Assembly: GCA_964429275.1 (NCBI GenBank)
Contig: CAYSBJ010000002.1
Location: 62,001 to 126,000, forward strand
DNA length: 64,000 nt
Source: an uncultured Pseudomonadota bacterium
GTDB lineage: Bacteria > Babelota > Babeliae > Babelales > JAUPTZ01
Reading direction: 5' to 3'
Shown: positions 47,741 to 57,450 of the stretch, in pieces
Numbering within the stretch: the stretch's first letter is position 1
How the letters are laid out: every line of letters begins with the position of its first letter
Made by a program: the position numbers and the translations under genes
The notes under the pieces: model-generated
What the model was told of the DNA's origin: nothing
Database searches by the model: none
The model's input: the letters and a program-made list of their open reading frames with translations, nothing else

Positions 47741-48778
47741 ATGAGAAAAAAAGTTGTAGCAGTGATTGCTTTTTCGAGCATCAACATAATGATTGGATTT
47801 ACTCTATCAAATTTCATAAACAAGGCAGCAATTACTGATAAACGGCAGGTGAAATACGTTGCTATTGTAACAAAAAATTTACGCTATCATGATGCGGTTA
47901 CGGCAGGGATATGCACTATGTTGGCAAAAGAGGAGAGGGTGCGCTTTATTCCGGTTATTTACCATACCGATCCAAGGAACAAAATTAATGAGGATTCTGT
48001 TGTTGAGAAGGTATTAGACAAAAAACCAGATATAGTCGTAGCTGTTGGTGCAGGGCTTGCGCAAATAGCCAAGGGTGTTATTGCGAAAAGAGCCCCTCAA
48101 ACGCCCCTTATTTTTGCTGGAGCGAGTAATCCTACTGGGCTTGGATTGGTGTACTCAGATAGGTTTCCAGGCTGTAATGTTACCGGTACCGCTAGCTTGC
48201 CTGAGGATCCAGCGTTAAACATTAGACTTTTACTTGAGTTGTTGCCTGATATAAAACGCATTGCTTTACCCTATTGCACGGCTGCTGGGCCGGACATAGA
48301 ACTTGCTGCTCTAGCGGTTAAAGATTATTGCCATGCAAGGGGTGTTGATGTGATGCTTATGCCGATCGAAGCAAATCAAGCTGGTCTTTTTATGATTCAA
48401 GGAATTCTCGCGTCTGTTGATCTTGTTATGTACGTGCAGGGATGCTTTGTTGGGCGCATTAGTGATGGGATAGCTAAGCTCTGTAAGCAATATGGCAAAA
48501 TATTCTACGCTGCAGAACCGTGGGCTGCCATAGATGGTGAGGCACCCTTTGCGTTTGGTGCTCGTGGTGAAAATGTTGGAAAAGCAGCAGCAAAGCAGGT
48601 AACAAAGGTGCTTATTGACCGGGTACCCGCTGGTACGATTCCGGTGCATTATGTAGAGCGGAATCATAAACTTATAATAAATTGCGACACGCTTGAGGAG
48701 TTACAGATTACGCCAGCGAAAGACCTATTGTTGTTAATGTCGCGTGGGATCCTTATTAAAAATGGTAAGAAATGGTAG
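47741..48778 (+). CDS. ABC_sub_bind-like protein with N-terminal anchor
   Basis: PDIVVAVG, TPLIFAGASNP..LGLV, PGCNVTG, ELLPDIKRI, IPV, LIIN. Confidence 0.88.
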   Translation: MRKKVVAVIAFSSINIMIGFTLSNFINKAAITDKRQVKYVAIVTKNLRYHDAVTAGICTMLAKEERVRFIPVIYHTDPRNKINEDSVVEKVLDKKPDIVVAVGAGLAQIAKGVIAKRAPQTPLIFAGASNPTGLGLVYSDRFPGCNVTGTASLPEDPALNIRLLLELLPDIKRIALPYCTAAGPDIELAALAVKDYCHARGVDVMLMPIEANQAGLFMIQGILASVDLVMYVQGCFVGRISDGIAKLCKQYGKIFYAAEPWAAIDGEAPFAFGARGENVGKAAAKQVTKVLIDRVPAGTIPVHYVERNHKLIINCDTLEELQITPAKDLLLLMSRGILIKNGKKW

Positions 48779-48781
48779 TTA

Positions 48782-50446
48782 CTATACCTTTACGATTGAA
48801 CCCCAATGTTCTTGCGGCGCCTCTGCTGGGATTGGCACGTTAAGCAGATGGGCCATCGTTGAAGCAAAGTGGCGCATCGAAACTGGTTGATGGTAGGTTG
48901 AATGTTTTATGCCAGCACCAGAAAACAGAACGGGGATACGGACGTCAAGGTCGTATGGTGAATCGTGGCAGGTTCCTTTTGGATACGATGAAAGTTGTGT
49001 GAATGGAGCGCATTGGACTATAAAATCGCCGCTGCGACCGTCGAAATATTGGGTTGCATACCAATGGGCCCGGTCATGTTTCGGGTACCAATTAATAAAA
49101 TCCGGGTTTAGGAGATCCGATTTGTGCCATGCGCGGATGATGCCGTCGACTGAGGTAAGGTACGATTTGACGGCAGCGATTATGCTGGTGCGTTTTTCTT
49201 CACTGAGTGCTTTCCACTTATCTTGGTCCACATAAAAATGGGGGGGGAAGGGTTTTCGGAAAAGGTTTTTTACATTGTATGCGCCGTAAATGATGCGATT
49301 GAGCTCTTTTAAAAGTACATTGGCATCAATGCGTTGCGCCTTGGGGTTTCCTTCTTCGCTTAACACCTCAGGAATTTGAGTGATACCGTGGTCGGCAGTG
49401 AGTGCCCAGAGGCAGTTGTCGATACCGAAGTCTTTTTCTACTTCCCGCATGAAGTGTTCAAGCTGGCGGTCAATAGCATAGAGGATATCGATAGTTTCTT
49501 TGCTATATGGGCCAAAGTAGTGACCCGAATAGTCATAGTTACTCAAGCTGAGGAAAAGGAGGATTGGCTTTTTTGGGCAGTATTTGCGATACATTTTAAG
49601 AGCCAAGAGGCCGAGGCGGAAAATTTCTCTGCTTGCGGCCGGCGTTAGTTCAAAAGGGTGGTAATAGTTTGTTTTTGCGTTGCCCGTAATAAACGGCTGA
49701 GGTGTAGTGATTAGGCTTGCCGGGTAGCCGGTATGTGCATAAATGTTTGGGTTTACGTACTGATATTTTTCGCTGTGATCGGAGAATTGCGTTTCCCAGT
49801 GAGTTTGCTCTTGAGTGTGTAGCGTGCTCTCTAGGTGCTTATTCATGGCGGCTACCCAGGGCGGGAGCTGCGAGCAAAAGGCCGTGCTGCTTGTAAAACA
49901 GCCTCCTTTGGTATCAAACCAAATTGGTAATCCATCTGGCCCAGCAAGAGGAATTGCTGCGCGGCTTTTGAGTGAAATTGAAATGACGGAATGCGGTTTT
50001 TTCGCCTGTATGCAAGAGGATGCTAGGGTGGGGGCGAGGAGGGCGCGTGCCGATTTTCCGACCTTGTCTGTTTTGGCAAATACTTTGCAGTTGTCTCCAT
50101 CGAGGTCATCGCAGGCGTTAACACTTCTTCCTTCGGCATCGTACCATTCATTGGCGATGAGGCCATGTGTATGGGGGTAGGCGCCAGTTGAAATTATGGC
50201 ATGACCGGTGGCGGTTTCTGGTTGGCTGTGTGGGTGGTATGCATGGGATAAGTAGGTTCCTTCTCGGAGCATTGTGCGCAATCCACCCTGGAATAGGGGG
50301 CGGTGCCGCTCAAAGACGTGTTCTGAGAGTTGGTCAATCACCAGAACGATGGTGACTTTTGGGGCCTCCTTGATGGGCTTACTGCTGAGGGGCGCAAGGT
50401 AGCAAATACTAAGGAGCGCTAACGCGCGAATACTACGGTGAGTCAT
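48782..50446 (-). CDS. Alkaline phosphatase superfamily protein (PafA / nucleotide pyrophosphatase-like), secreted
   Basis: VIDQ, PETATGHAIISTG (Thr nucleophile), SLKSRAAI, DYSGHYFGP, TADHG, HDSPY..D..IP. Confidence 0.9.
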   Translation of the reverse strand: MTHRSIRALALLSICYLAPLSSKPIKEAPKVTIVLVIDQLSEHVFERHRPLFQGGLRTMLREGTYLSHAYHPHSQPETATGHAIISTGAYPHTHGLIANEWYDAEGRSVNACDDLDGDNCKVFAKTDKVGKSARALLAPTLASSCIQAKKPHSVISISLKSRAAIPLAGPDGLPIWFDTKGGCFTSSTAFCSQLPPWVAAMNKHLESTLHTQEQTHWETQFSDHSEKYQYVNPNIYAHTGYPASLITTPQPFITGNAKTNYYHPFELTPAASREIFRLGLLALKMYRKYCPKKPILLFLSLSNYDYSGHYFGPYSKETIDILYAIDRQLEHFMREVEKDFGIDNCLWALTADHGITQIPEVLSEEGNPKAQRIDANVLLKELNRIIYGAYNVKNLFRKPFPPHFYVDQDKWKALSEEKRTSIIAAVKSYLTSVDGIIRAWHKSDLLNPDFINWYPKHDRAHWYATQYFDGRSGDFIVQCAPFTQLSSYPKGTCHDSPYDLDVRIPVLFSGAGIKHSTYHQPVSMRHFASTMAHLLNVPIPAEAPQEHWGSIVKV

Positions 50447-50518
50447 GGTTGGTCCTTGGAGGTTTTTATGTGTACGAAACCTTACACAAGTCACCTTGGG
50501 CAAACCTAGGGTTCAGAT

Positions 50519-50555
50519 AAAAAAGGGCTTTTTCTCGCGAAAAAGCCCTTTTTTT
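50519..50555 (-). terminator. Intrinsic terminator after hpf (symmetric, could act in both directions)
   Basis: aaaaaagggctttttc-tcgc-gaaaaagcccttttttt. Confidence 0.85.
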
Positions 50556-50564
50556 GAAGATATC

Positions 50565-50915
50565 TTATAGTCCGAAATTAGTTTTTTCCGTCTGCACCTT
50601 TTGACGTTTATCATCGGTGCGTGTTTTTTCTTTTTTGATTTGGGTTATTACTTTATCAACCACCGAATCAATTGCCATATACATGTCTGCATTTGTTTCA
50701 TGCGCTGAAGCGCTCAAACTTCCTGATTTTACCCGCAACTCCACTTCGTGATGGTGTGCGTGTGCAGCTTGAGCGTTAAGAAAGAGTTCTGCGTTAATAG
50801 GGTGTAAGTTTTCAGCCCGCTTGAGAAGAGAAGAAACTTTAGTAAGTTTCTCGCGTGCGTGTTTATCAAGTCCGTCCGAGTGAGGCATTTGGTGGAAGTT
50901 GATCTTAATATTCAT
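50565..50915 (-). CDS. hpf: Ribosome hibernation promoting factor (short HPF / RaiA family)
   Basis: MNIKI...M..SD.L..H..EKL.K, DMY.AID..VDK...QIKK.K. Confidence 0.88.
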   Translation of the reverse strand: MNIKINFHQMPHSDGLDKHAREKLTKVSSLLKRAENLHPINAELFLNAQAAHAHHHEVELRVKSGSLSASAHETNADMYMAIDSVVDKVITQIKKEKTRTDDKRQKVQTEKTNFGL

Positions 50916-51003
50916 ACAACCCTTTCTGTGTGGTTAGTGATAGTAAGGAGCCGTAGCATAGCCGACCTTGCCATTGAGTGCAACAGGAGCTTTCTTTCTT
51001 ATA

Positions 51004-52560
51004 TTAGACTTGTTCCCAGGCGGTTGTGAACTCGTTTCCTGGCACGTTTACATTAACACCAACAGCAAAAACCTTCTTGTTTTCTGCCGTATAGCCAGTT
51101 GCATATCCTCGATCTTTGATTTGCTTTAAAGCTTGTTGTGCCGTCTTATTACACTTGAATTCAAAAATAAAAATTCCGCTGGCAGTGCGTAAAAGAAGAT
51201 CAATGCGACCATTATTTGTAGCTACTTCTGCTTGGGCAAAACCAATCGCCATGCCGGCAACAAGGAAAATTGAGTGATAATACGCTTCATCAGCGTGCGT
51301 ATTTTGAATATGGAATGGGATCTGAGCAAGCAACGATTGTAAGTGTTTGCAGAACGTATTGATATCCAATGCATACAGCGCACGGCGTAATTCTACAAAA
51401 ATGGGGTTTGAGTCACTGAGCTGCACATCCAAGAATCCTGCAATGAGACATTGGTTAAAAGAGCGCCGCACTTCTTCGTTCGGGTATGCCATGGTATATG
51501 CCATAAGATCACTTTCATATGACGCAAGTGTGAGATATCCGGTTTGGTACAGAAGGGTTGGTAAAGACATCGTTCTGATGTCTGACAAGTCAAGGGTGGA
51601 TGCTTCTAAGTTTTGGAGTGAAATATTAAAAAAGCTATTCAGGTCCCTTTTAATGATGTCTACTAAAAACTTTGGCGTCCCGGTGGCAAACCAGTAGTTT
51701 CGTAAGTCCTTGTTCTGCAGGTAGGAAAAAATCGAAAAGGGATTATAGACTTTAATGCCTGATTTAGAAAACCGATAACCGTTGTACCACGTTCGCATTT
51801 CATCCCAGATCACTTGAGGCGCACATTCTTGAGATTGTGCGAATTCCTCTACATACTCTGATAAGTTTGCATGTATTTCCTCTTCAGTGTAGCCACATAA
51901 TGCTGCTACATCAGTGTTGAGCGAGATATCTTGTAGATTGTTAAGTCCGGAAAAAATAGAACTTTTTGCAAAACGCGTGACCCCGGTTAAGAAAAGGAAA
52001 TGAATGTATGGATCAAGGCCCTTTAAACAGGTATAAAAAGTGCGGATAATTTCCCGATTTTTTTCCGCCAATTCGGGATTATCAAGATGTTTTATAATGG
52101 CATATTCATATTCATCTATGAGTATCACGACTTTGTTGTGTTGCTCTGACAATGATCGCACGAGAAGCTTTGTTTTTTCGGTGATTTCAGTTGCAGTAAG
52201 TAGTTCAATACCGTAATGTTTGCCAATGATGTCTAATTCGGCTGCGATCCCTCTCTCGAGGACCTCAGGGCTTTTGTTTGCTATTGTTGAAAAATCTATA
52301 ACCACTACCGGATATTTGTGCCAGGTGTGACGTTCTCCTTGGCCGATCCATAGGTCTTTAAAAAGGTCCTTATTGCCGGAAAAAATCTCTTTGAGTGTTG
52401 AAACAAGCAGCGATTTACCAAAGCGTCGAGGACGGGAGAAAAAGTAACGGTTATTGTTGGTGATGAGCCGGTGTACGATTTCTGTTTTATCGATATATAG
52501 GTATCCCTCAGCTATCATATTGTCGAGAGAATAGCCGCCAATAGGTAGTTTTTTCTTCAT
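51004..52560 (-). CDS. AAA-ATPase-like plus PD-(D/E)XK nuclease-like protein (paralog of 15730-17304)
   Basis: YLYIDKT, SRPRRFGKSL, ILIDEYE, SGLNNL, WYNGY, GRIDL...IFEFK, ALKQI..RGY. Confidence 0.93.
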   Translation of the reverse strand: MKKKLPIGGYSLDNMIAEGYLYIDKTEIVHRLITNNNRYFFSRPRRFGKSLLVSTLKEIFSGNKDLFKDLWIGQGERHTWHKYPVVVIDFSTIANKSPEVLERGIAAELDIIGKHYGIELLTATEITEKTKLLVRSLSEQHNKVVILIDEYEYAIIKHLDNPELAEKNREIIRTFYTCLKGLDPYIHFLFLTGVTRFAKSSIFSGLNNLQDISLNTDVAALCGYTEEEIHANLSEYVEEFAQSQECAPQVIWDEMRTWYNGYRFSKSGIKVYNPFSIFSYLQNKDLRNYWFATGTPKFLVDIIKRDLNSFFNISLQNLEASTLDLSDIRTMSLPTLLYQTGYLTLASYESDLMAYTMAYPNEEVRRSFNQCLIAGFLDVQLSDSNPIFVELRRALYALDINTFCKHLQSLLAQIPFHIQNTHADEAYYHSIFLVAGMAIGFAQAEVATNNGRIDLLLRTASGIFIFEFKCNKTAQQALKQIKDRGYATGYTAENKKVFAVGVNVNVPGNEFTTAWEQV

Positions 52561-52758
52561 GTGAGTTTATGCCTGAAAATCAGTTGATAATGGCTTAATG
52601 TCCGGCAACCATACCATGACGGCGCTTTTTTTTACAGGGCTGGCTTTTTTGCCCATGAGATTTGTTCTAGCCGGCTGTTTTAGGGCGAAAAGGCCTTAAT
52701 AGTTGAGATAGAGCCTCTTCTTTCAGTACACTAGTACCATCTTTAGGGGAGGGTCCGT

Positions 52759-53304
52759 ATGAAAAATACAAAAAAATATCTCGTTTTGCTTATGTCGTTG
52801 ATGGTTGCTAACCTTATCGGAGCTGACGCTGTGGCGCATCAAGAAATGCCGGAGAGCAGCGCCGCAGAAGAATTTATGCCTTCTGATGCCGAAACGCGTG
52901 TGCTTTTTTTACAAGAACAGCTTCGCAGACAGCGAGCACTTGCTTCATTGCGGGAGCGTATTCTAGCCGCGCTGCCATTTTATAATTCTGATAACCCACG
53001 GGTGCAAGAACTGGTTGCGCTTGAAGAGGCCGAGTGGGCCTTGCGCGAAAAAGTTTTAAAGCAACAGCGTAAAAACCGATTACAGCTCTTTATTAATCGC
53101 CATGAACAACTGTTGCGCATGATGGCAATAGCTTCTATCGTCGGAATAGCTGGTGGGTTAACCCTTAAGAAGGTTCGAGACAAAAACGAGAAAAACAGCA
53201 AGGCGTATGAAGATAGGGTGGCATTGAGCCCCAGCCAAAAGCAAGCACTCGAACGCCTTAGCGTTCAATCACCACACAACCTTCGAATAGATATCTCGGC
53301 TTAA
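52759..53304 (+). CDS. Hypothetical exported/membrane protein
   Basis: Signal peptide plus one TM helix; GGAGG Shine-Dalgarno site; shares a TTAA stop overlap with der. Confidence 0.65.
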   Translation: MKNTKKYLVLLMSLMVANLIGADAVAHQEMPESSAAEEFMPSDAETRVLFLQEQLRRQRALASLRERILAALPFYNSDNPRVQELVALEEAEWALREKVLKQQRKNRLQLFINRHEQLLRMMAIASIVGIAGGLTLKKVRDKNEKNSKAYEDRVALSPSQKQALERLSVQSPHNLRIDISA

Positions 53305-54620
53305 CGCTTTGTAATCACGAAATGGATTGGGCAGCCGAGGAGGTCATACTTGCGGCGAAGGAAGTTCTCAAGGCATTGTAATTGGCTTTGACCGAACCAT
53401 TTTGGTTCGTTGACGCAGATATCAAATGACATGCCTTTTTCTTTGCGCTTTTGAATACTAAACACTTGAAGCTTGATCCCTTTGTGGAAGAGTGGCTTGT
53501 TGCGGAAGTATTCGTGTATTTCTACGGTTAGCTCAGCGCTGTTGATTGGTTGGACCATGCGTGTGCGAATTTTTTCAATTTCGCGTAGTACTACGCCCAC
53601 GTTCTTGCCAGTAAGGCAGGAAATGTGGATCTTTGGGATGTTTTTGAGGAAGTAGTCGTACTCGCTTGTTTCATAGTTGAGCAAGTTCAATTTTTCATCA
53701 GTCATCAAATCTGATTTATTGTAGATCATGATCAGTGCTTTATGTTCCTCGAACGCATAGAACATTAATTTAAGTTCTTGATCTGACAAGCGGCCTTCAT
53801 TGCCATCAACGAGCAAAAGAATAATGTCAGCAGTGCGCACTGCTGCAAGTGAACTTTTGACCATTAATGTTTCAAGGTCGTCCGTTACTTTTCGTTTACG
53901 CCGAATTCCAGCAGTATCAGTTACCAGTAGATCTTGTCCGTAAAAGCTGAGGCGTTCGGAAATTGCTTCACGTGTTGTACCAGCAATGTCACTAACGATG
54001 CTGCGTTTTGATTCGAGTAGTGCGTTCATTAATGATGATTTACCAACGTTTGGCTTACCAAGCAATGCAATTTTGCATGCGGGCGCTTCAGGTAGCTTAG
54101 CAGTTGTTTCTGGAAGGTTTTTAGAAATCGCAGTCAGAAGATCTGAAATGCCGGTACCGTGAACAGCCGAAACGGGAATGTAATCGCCAAATCCAAGAGC
54201 ATAAAAATCTGCCTCGTTGTTTTTGAAAGCTTGGACGTTATCAGCCTTGTTGAGAACCAACAGAACTTTCTTCTTTAACTTATGCAGTTGCTTAGCCACG
54301 GTTTTATCTTCAAGTGTTATGCCATTTTTGCCGTCACAGACAAAAAGAACAAGGTCGGCGTCTTGGCATTCTTGGGTGCTGACCGCGATAATGTCGTTGT
54401 ACAATGGGTCTTCATTGTCTGCCGGAGCAAAGCCGCCAGTATCAATTAATTCAAAATTTTTACCGTGAACGGAGAGCGCCTCAGAGATGTAGTCCCGCGT
54501 GACACCGGATTGATCGGCAACGATGCTTTCGGTGCGTTTGGCAAGGCGGTTGAAAAGTGTTGATTTACCAACGTTTGTGCGGCCGATTAAGGCAACACGT
54601 GGAAATAATGACTTACTCAT
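53301..54620 (-). CDS. der: Ribosome biogenesis GTPase Der (EngA)
   Basis: Two G domains: GRTNVGKST/DTGG/NKAD and GKPNVGKSS/DTAG/NKSD. Confidence 0.96.
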   Translation of the reverse strand: MSKSLFPRVALIGRTNVGKSTLFNRLAKRTESIVADQSGVTRDYISEALSVHGKNFELIDTGGFAPADNEDPLYNDIIAVSTQECQDADLVLFVCDGKNGITLEDKTVAKQLHKLKKKVLLVLNKADNVQAFKNNEADFYALGFGDYIPVSAVHGTGISDLLTAISKNLPETTAKLPEAPACKIALLGKPNVGKSSLMNALLESKRSIVSDIAGTTREAISERLSFYGQDLLVTDTAGIRRKRKVTDDLETLMVKSSLAAVRTADIILLLVDGNEGRLSDQELKLMFYAFEEHKALIMIYNKSDLMTDEKLNLLNYETSEYDYFLKNIPKIHISCLTGKNVGVVLREIEKIRTRMVQPINSAELTVEIHEYFRNKPLFHKGIKLQVFSIQKRKEKGMSFDICVNEPKWFGQSQLQCLENFLRRKYDLLGCPIHFVITKR

Positions 54621-54634
54621 AAGTAATAGCTCTC

Positions 54635-56530
54635 TTAATTCGATTCAGGAGTGGGAACAATTTCTAACTTGCCCGGAAATATAGTACAAACGAGCTCAGT
54701 ATACGGCCATTGTTGTTTATTGTCATCTTTCAAAAGGAGCGGGGTGCCTTTTATCAGTAATTCTTTGGGACCTTGCGGCTTATTTGTTTTTTGCCAGGGC
54801 GGCTTGCCAGAACCGTCATTCCCACCAAAACGCTGTGGTTGAGGCGCTGCGCGCGCGGCCGTTTTTGCCTCGCTAGTTAATGCCGCGGCTGCGGCGTGGT
54901 TGAGCGAAGATGCGGCCTGTGGTCGTGATTCTTGCTCAGGCGCGGGGCGTGGTTCAGCGCGTTGTTGGGGTTGGGGAGCTACGGTTTGCGGTTGCCTGGG
55001 TGTGGGAGTACCGGTAGCAGCAGAAATAAGTTTTATGTGGCTACATCCACCGAAGTGCGTTTGCAGTAATGGGCGCCAATATTGAATTGTTTCATTAATT
55101 TTTTCAATAAAAAATGGGCTGGTATGCGGTACTGACAACGTTACTATTCCAGTTGCGGTGTCTGCACTAACGACTGTTGCCTGGTTGAATATTGAAGCAA
55201 GGATCGGGTCGCCGATTGCGGAAATTCCTTGGCATACAGCTGGCCAGCCCGCGGTAGATGCCTGTCGTGCTGACTGATGGACTGGGGCGGTAGGTTGAGG
55301 TGTCGCCGGTTTGGCTATCGGTACTGCGGCTGTTTTTGGCGCCGGAGCGATCGTTGGCGCAGTTTGCTTTACTGTTGGCTCTGCGGTGGCCCTGGTGGCC
55401 TCAACAACGCGTGCCGGAGCTTCTGGCAGACCGGTGCAGATATCGAGGAATAGTTTTTCTAAAAAGACCTGTTTGTAGGGTGTAGCAAGAAATAGCTCTT
55501 CTTGACTCCATAAATGGCTCAAGATGCGATGCAGATACTCACGGGGAGCTGCTGCCATGATACGGGCTACCACATTGCTTGGCAAGGCAATAGTGTCGTG
55601 TGCTGGCGTAACATTGTAGGCATACCAGATCAGCGTCCGCACGACCTGGAGGAATAAATGCCACATGCGTGCGGCGTTCAGGTTTGTTTTACTGATATCA
55701 TTGAGCTCGGTCAGTAATTCTGCGGTCTTTTTTTCTACCATGAGCGCAAACAGCTCAGCCATGCGGCCGGCGCTTATAACGCCAAGAACAGTGCGGACCG
55801 TTTCTGCCGTTACGGTGCTGTGCGCAAAGCGTACTTGCTCAAGCAAGTTAAGGGCGTCGCGAGCGGAGCCGTCAGTTTCATGGATAATGAGTGATAACGC
55901 TTCCGGCTGATAAGAAATTTTTTCTGTTGCACAAATGGCTTGCAAATGTTCACTCAGTGTGGCGTTTTGAATAGCAGAAAAGTGGAGCTGGAATGAGCGG
56001 GATCGGACGGTGTCAGGGATCTTGAGGATTTCGGTGGTTGCCAGCATGAAAAGGGTGTGGGCTGGTGGTTCCTCCAATACCTTGAGGAAGGCATTAAAAG
56101 CGGCTTTGCTGAGCATGTGGGCTTCGTCGATAAGGTAAATTTTGCGGCTTCCCATGAGCGGCATAAAGGTGCATGACTCAAGTAGGTTGCGGATGTCATC
56201 AACGCCGGTGTGAGAGGCGGCGTCAATTTCAATAAAGTCCGGGTGGCTTGCCTCTTGCATGCGCTTGCAAGAATTGCAGGCCAGGCAGGGAAGAGAGTTG
56301 CTTGCCGGTGCTTGTTGGAAGGCGAGAAGCATTTCGCAGTTGGCGGCCGCGGCTAAAATACGAGCAGTTGAAGTTTTTCCGCAGCCTTTTTGACCGGCAA
56401 AGAGATAGAGTGGGAAAAAGTGGTTTTTGTAGAGGCTGTTGCGGAGCATACTGATGGCAACGTCTTGACCGACAACTTCATCAAAGTTGCGGGGACGCCA
56501 CTTGCGGGCAAGGTTTAACTGATGAGACAT
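54635..56530 (-). CDS. dnaX: DNA polymerase III subunit gamma/tau
   Basis: LARKWRP..F.EVVGQ, GCGKTS.AR, EIDAAS, IDEAHMLS..AFNA.LK.LEEPP, TVRSR. Confidence 0.96.
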   Translation of the reverse strand: MSHQLNLARKWRPRNFDEVVGQDVAISMLRNSLYKNHFFPLYLFAGQKGCGKTSTARILAAAANCEMLLAFQQAPASNSLPCLACNSCKRMQEASHPDFIEIDAASHTGVDDIRNLLESCTFMPLMGSRKIYLIDEAHMLSKAAFNAFLKVLEEPPAHTLFMLATTEILKIPDTVRSRSFQLHFSAIQNATLSEHLQAICATEKISYQPEALSLIIHETDGSARDALNLLEQVRFAHSTVTAETVRTVLGVISAGRMAELFALMVEKKTAELLTELNDISKTNLNAARMWHLFLQVVRTLIWYAYNVTPAHDTIALPSNVVARIMAAAPREYLHRILSHLWSQEELFLATPYKQVFLEKLFLDICTGLPEAPARVVEATRATAEPTVKQTAPTIAPAPKTAAVPIAKPATPQPTAPVHQSARQASTAGWPAVCQGISAIGDPILASIFNQATVVSADTATGIVTLSVPHTSPFFIEKINETIQYWRPLLQTHFGGCSHIKLISAATGTPTPRQPQTVAPQPQQRAEPRPAPEQESRPQAASSLNHAAAAALTSEAKTAARAAPQPQRFGGNDGSGKPPWQKTNKPQGPKELLIKGTPLLLKDDNKQQWPYTELVCTIFPGKLEIVPTPESN

Positions 56531-56600
56531 CGTTACTTTCGCGGTTAGTTGAATATGCGGGGTAGTATAGGGTTTTTAGGCGGAGATTAGAAGGGGTGGC

Positions 56601-56978
56601 TTAGGCCGCTTTGGTTTTCTGATACGCCAAAAACGCGCCACAGAGTGCAACCCCTGGCGCTTCAGTTTCTATGTTCACATTTTTCTCGGTATACCATGCA
56701 AATTTCTGTTCGTACCACGTTTCTAAGTGATCGTAGCTGAGGTTGTAGCGCTTGGCCACCTGGGCGGTTTTATCAAAATTATCATGAGTATATGAGAGCC
56801 CGTCGCCGGTGAGGACGCCAAGTAAGATAGCAATCGTTTCTGCCGGGCCGCGGACATTTAACCCTTCGCTGATTAGTTTATCAGCTGTCGCAAAATCCTC
56901 TCTGAGGATCGAAGCATGGCATAGTATAAAGGGATCTTTTAAGATTTCCTCTTGTCGTGCGCGTGTTTCTTCATTCAT
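56601..56978 (-). CDS. Hypothetical protein
   Basis: 125-aa ORF overlapping the upstream Sel1 gene by 8 nt. Confidence 0.6.
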   Translation of the reverse strand: MNEETRARQEEILKDPFILCHASILREDFATADKLISEGLNVRGPAETIAILLGVLTGDGLSYTHDNFDKTAQVAKRYNLSYDHLETWYEQKFAWYTEKNVNIETEAPGVALCGAFLAYQKTKAA

Positions 56979-57411
56979 TGGTAGGAATCTCAGTATTGGT
57001 ACGGCTATTTATTTTTGCATACAGTTTATCGAATGCTTGTTTTGCTTGCGAAATTCCTCCTTTTTCTGCTTCTGCGTACCACTGAAGGGCGATTTCACTG
57101 TCTGCGGTTACCCCGTCTCCCTTTTCATATTTCACACCAAGGTAGAATTGTGCGGTAGCATGACCTTGTTGCGCTGCGGCAAGCAGCCATACTGCAGCCA
57201 TTTGGGGGTCTTTTGGCATGCCAGCACCGCGGTCATACCGGCGAGCGAGTTGGTATTGTGCGTCTGGATCTCCCGACGCTGCATTCTTTCTGAGCGCGTT
57301 GATAGGCGTCCGCTCTTCAGCTGTTCTAGCCGGTGTTTGTGGTTCTGTTACGCGCGCTTTAGCGGAGGCAGTGGAGAGGACAAAAAGTACTGAAAATAAG
57401 AGAAATAGCAT
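56971..57411 (-). CDS. Secreted Sel1-repeat protein (2 repeats)
   Basis: AQYQLARRYDRGAGMPKD...AA.W...AA.QG; AQFYLG.KY..G.GV..D. Confidence 0.9.
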   Translation of the reverse strand: MLFLLFSVLFVLSTASAKARVTEPQTPARTAEERTPINALRKNAASGDPDAQYQLARRYDRGAGMPKDPQMAAVWLLAAAQQGHATAQFYLGVKYEKGDGVTADSEIALQWYAEAEKGGISQAKQAFDKLYAKINSRTNTEIPTNE

Positions 57412-57450
57412 GGGTGGAGCCTTTCTTAAAAAAGTGACATGCCCAAGAGT

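Noticed and set aside
55727..55735. In-frame A AAA AAG slippery heptamer in dnaX, as used for gamma-subunit frameshifting in E. coli
   Set aside because: It falls near codon 266, inside the clamp-loader core, and the -1 frame stops about 10 codons later. The product would be too short for a functional gamma, and no clear stimulatory element was seen.
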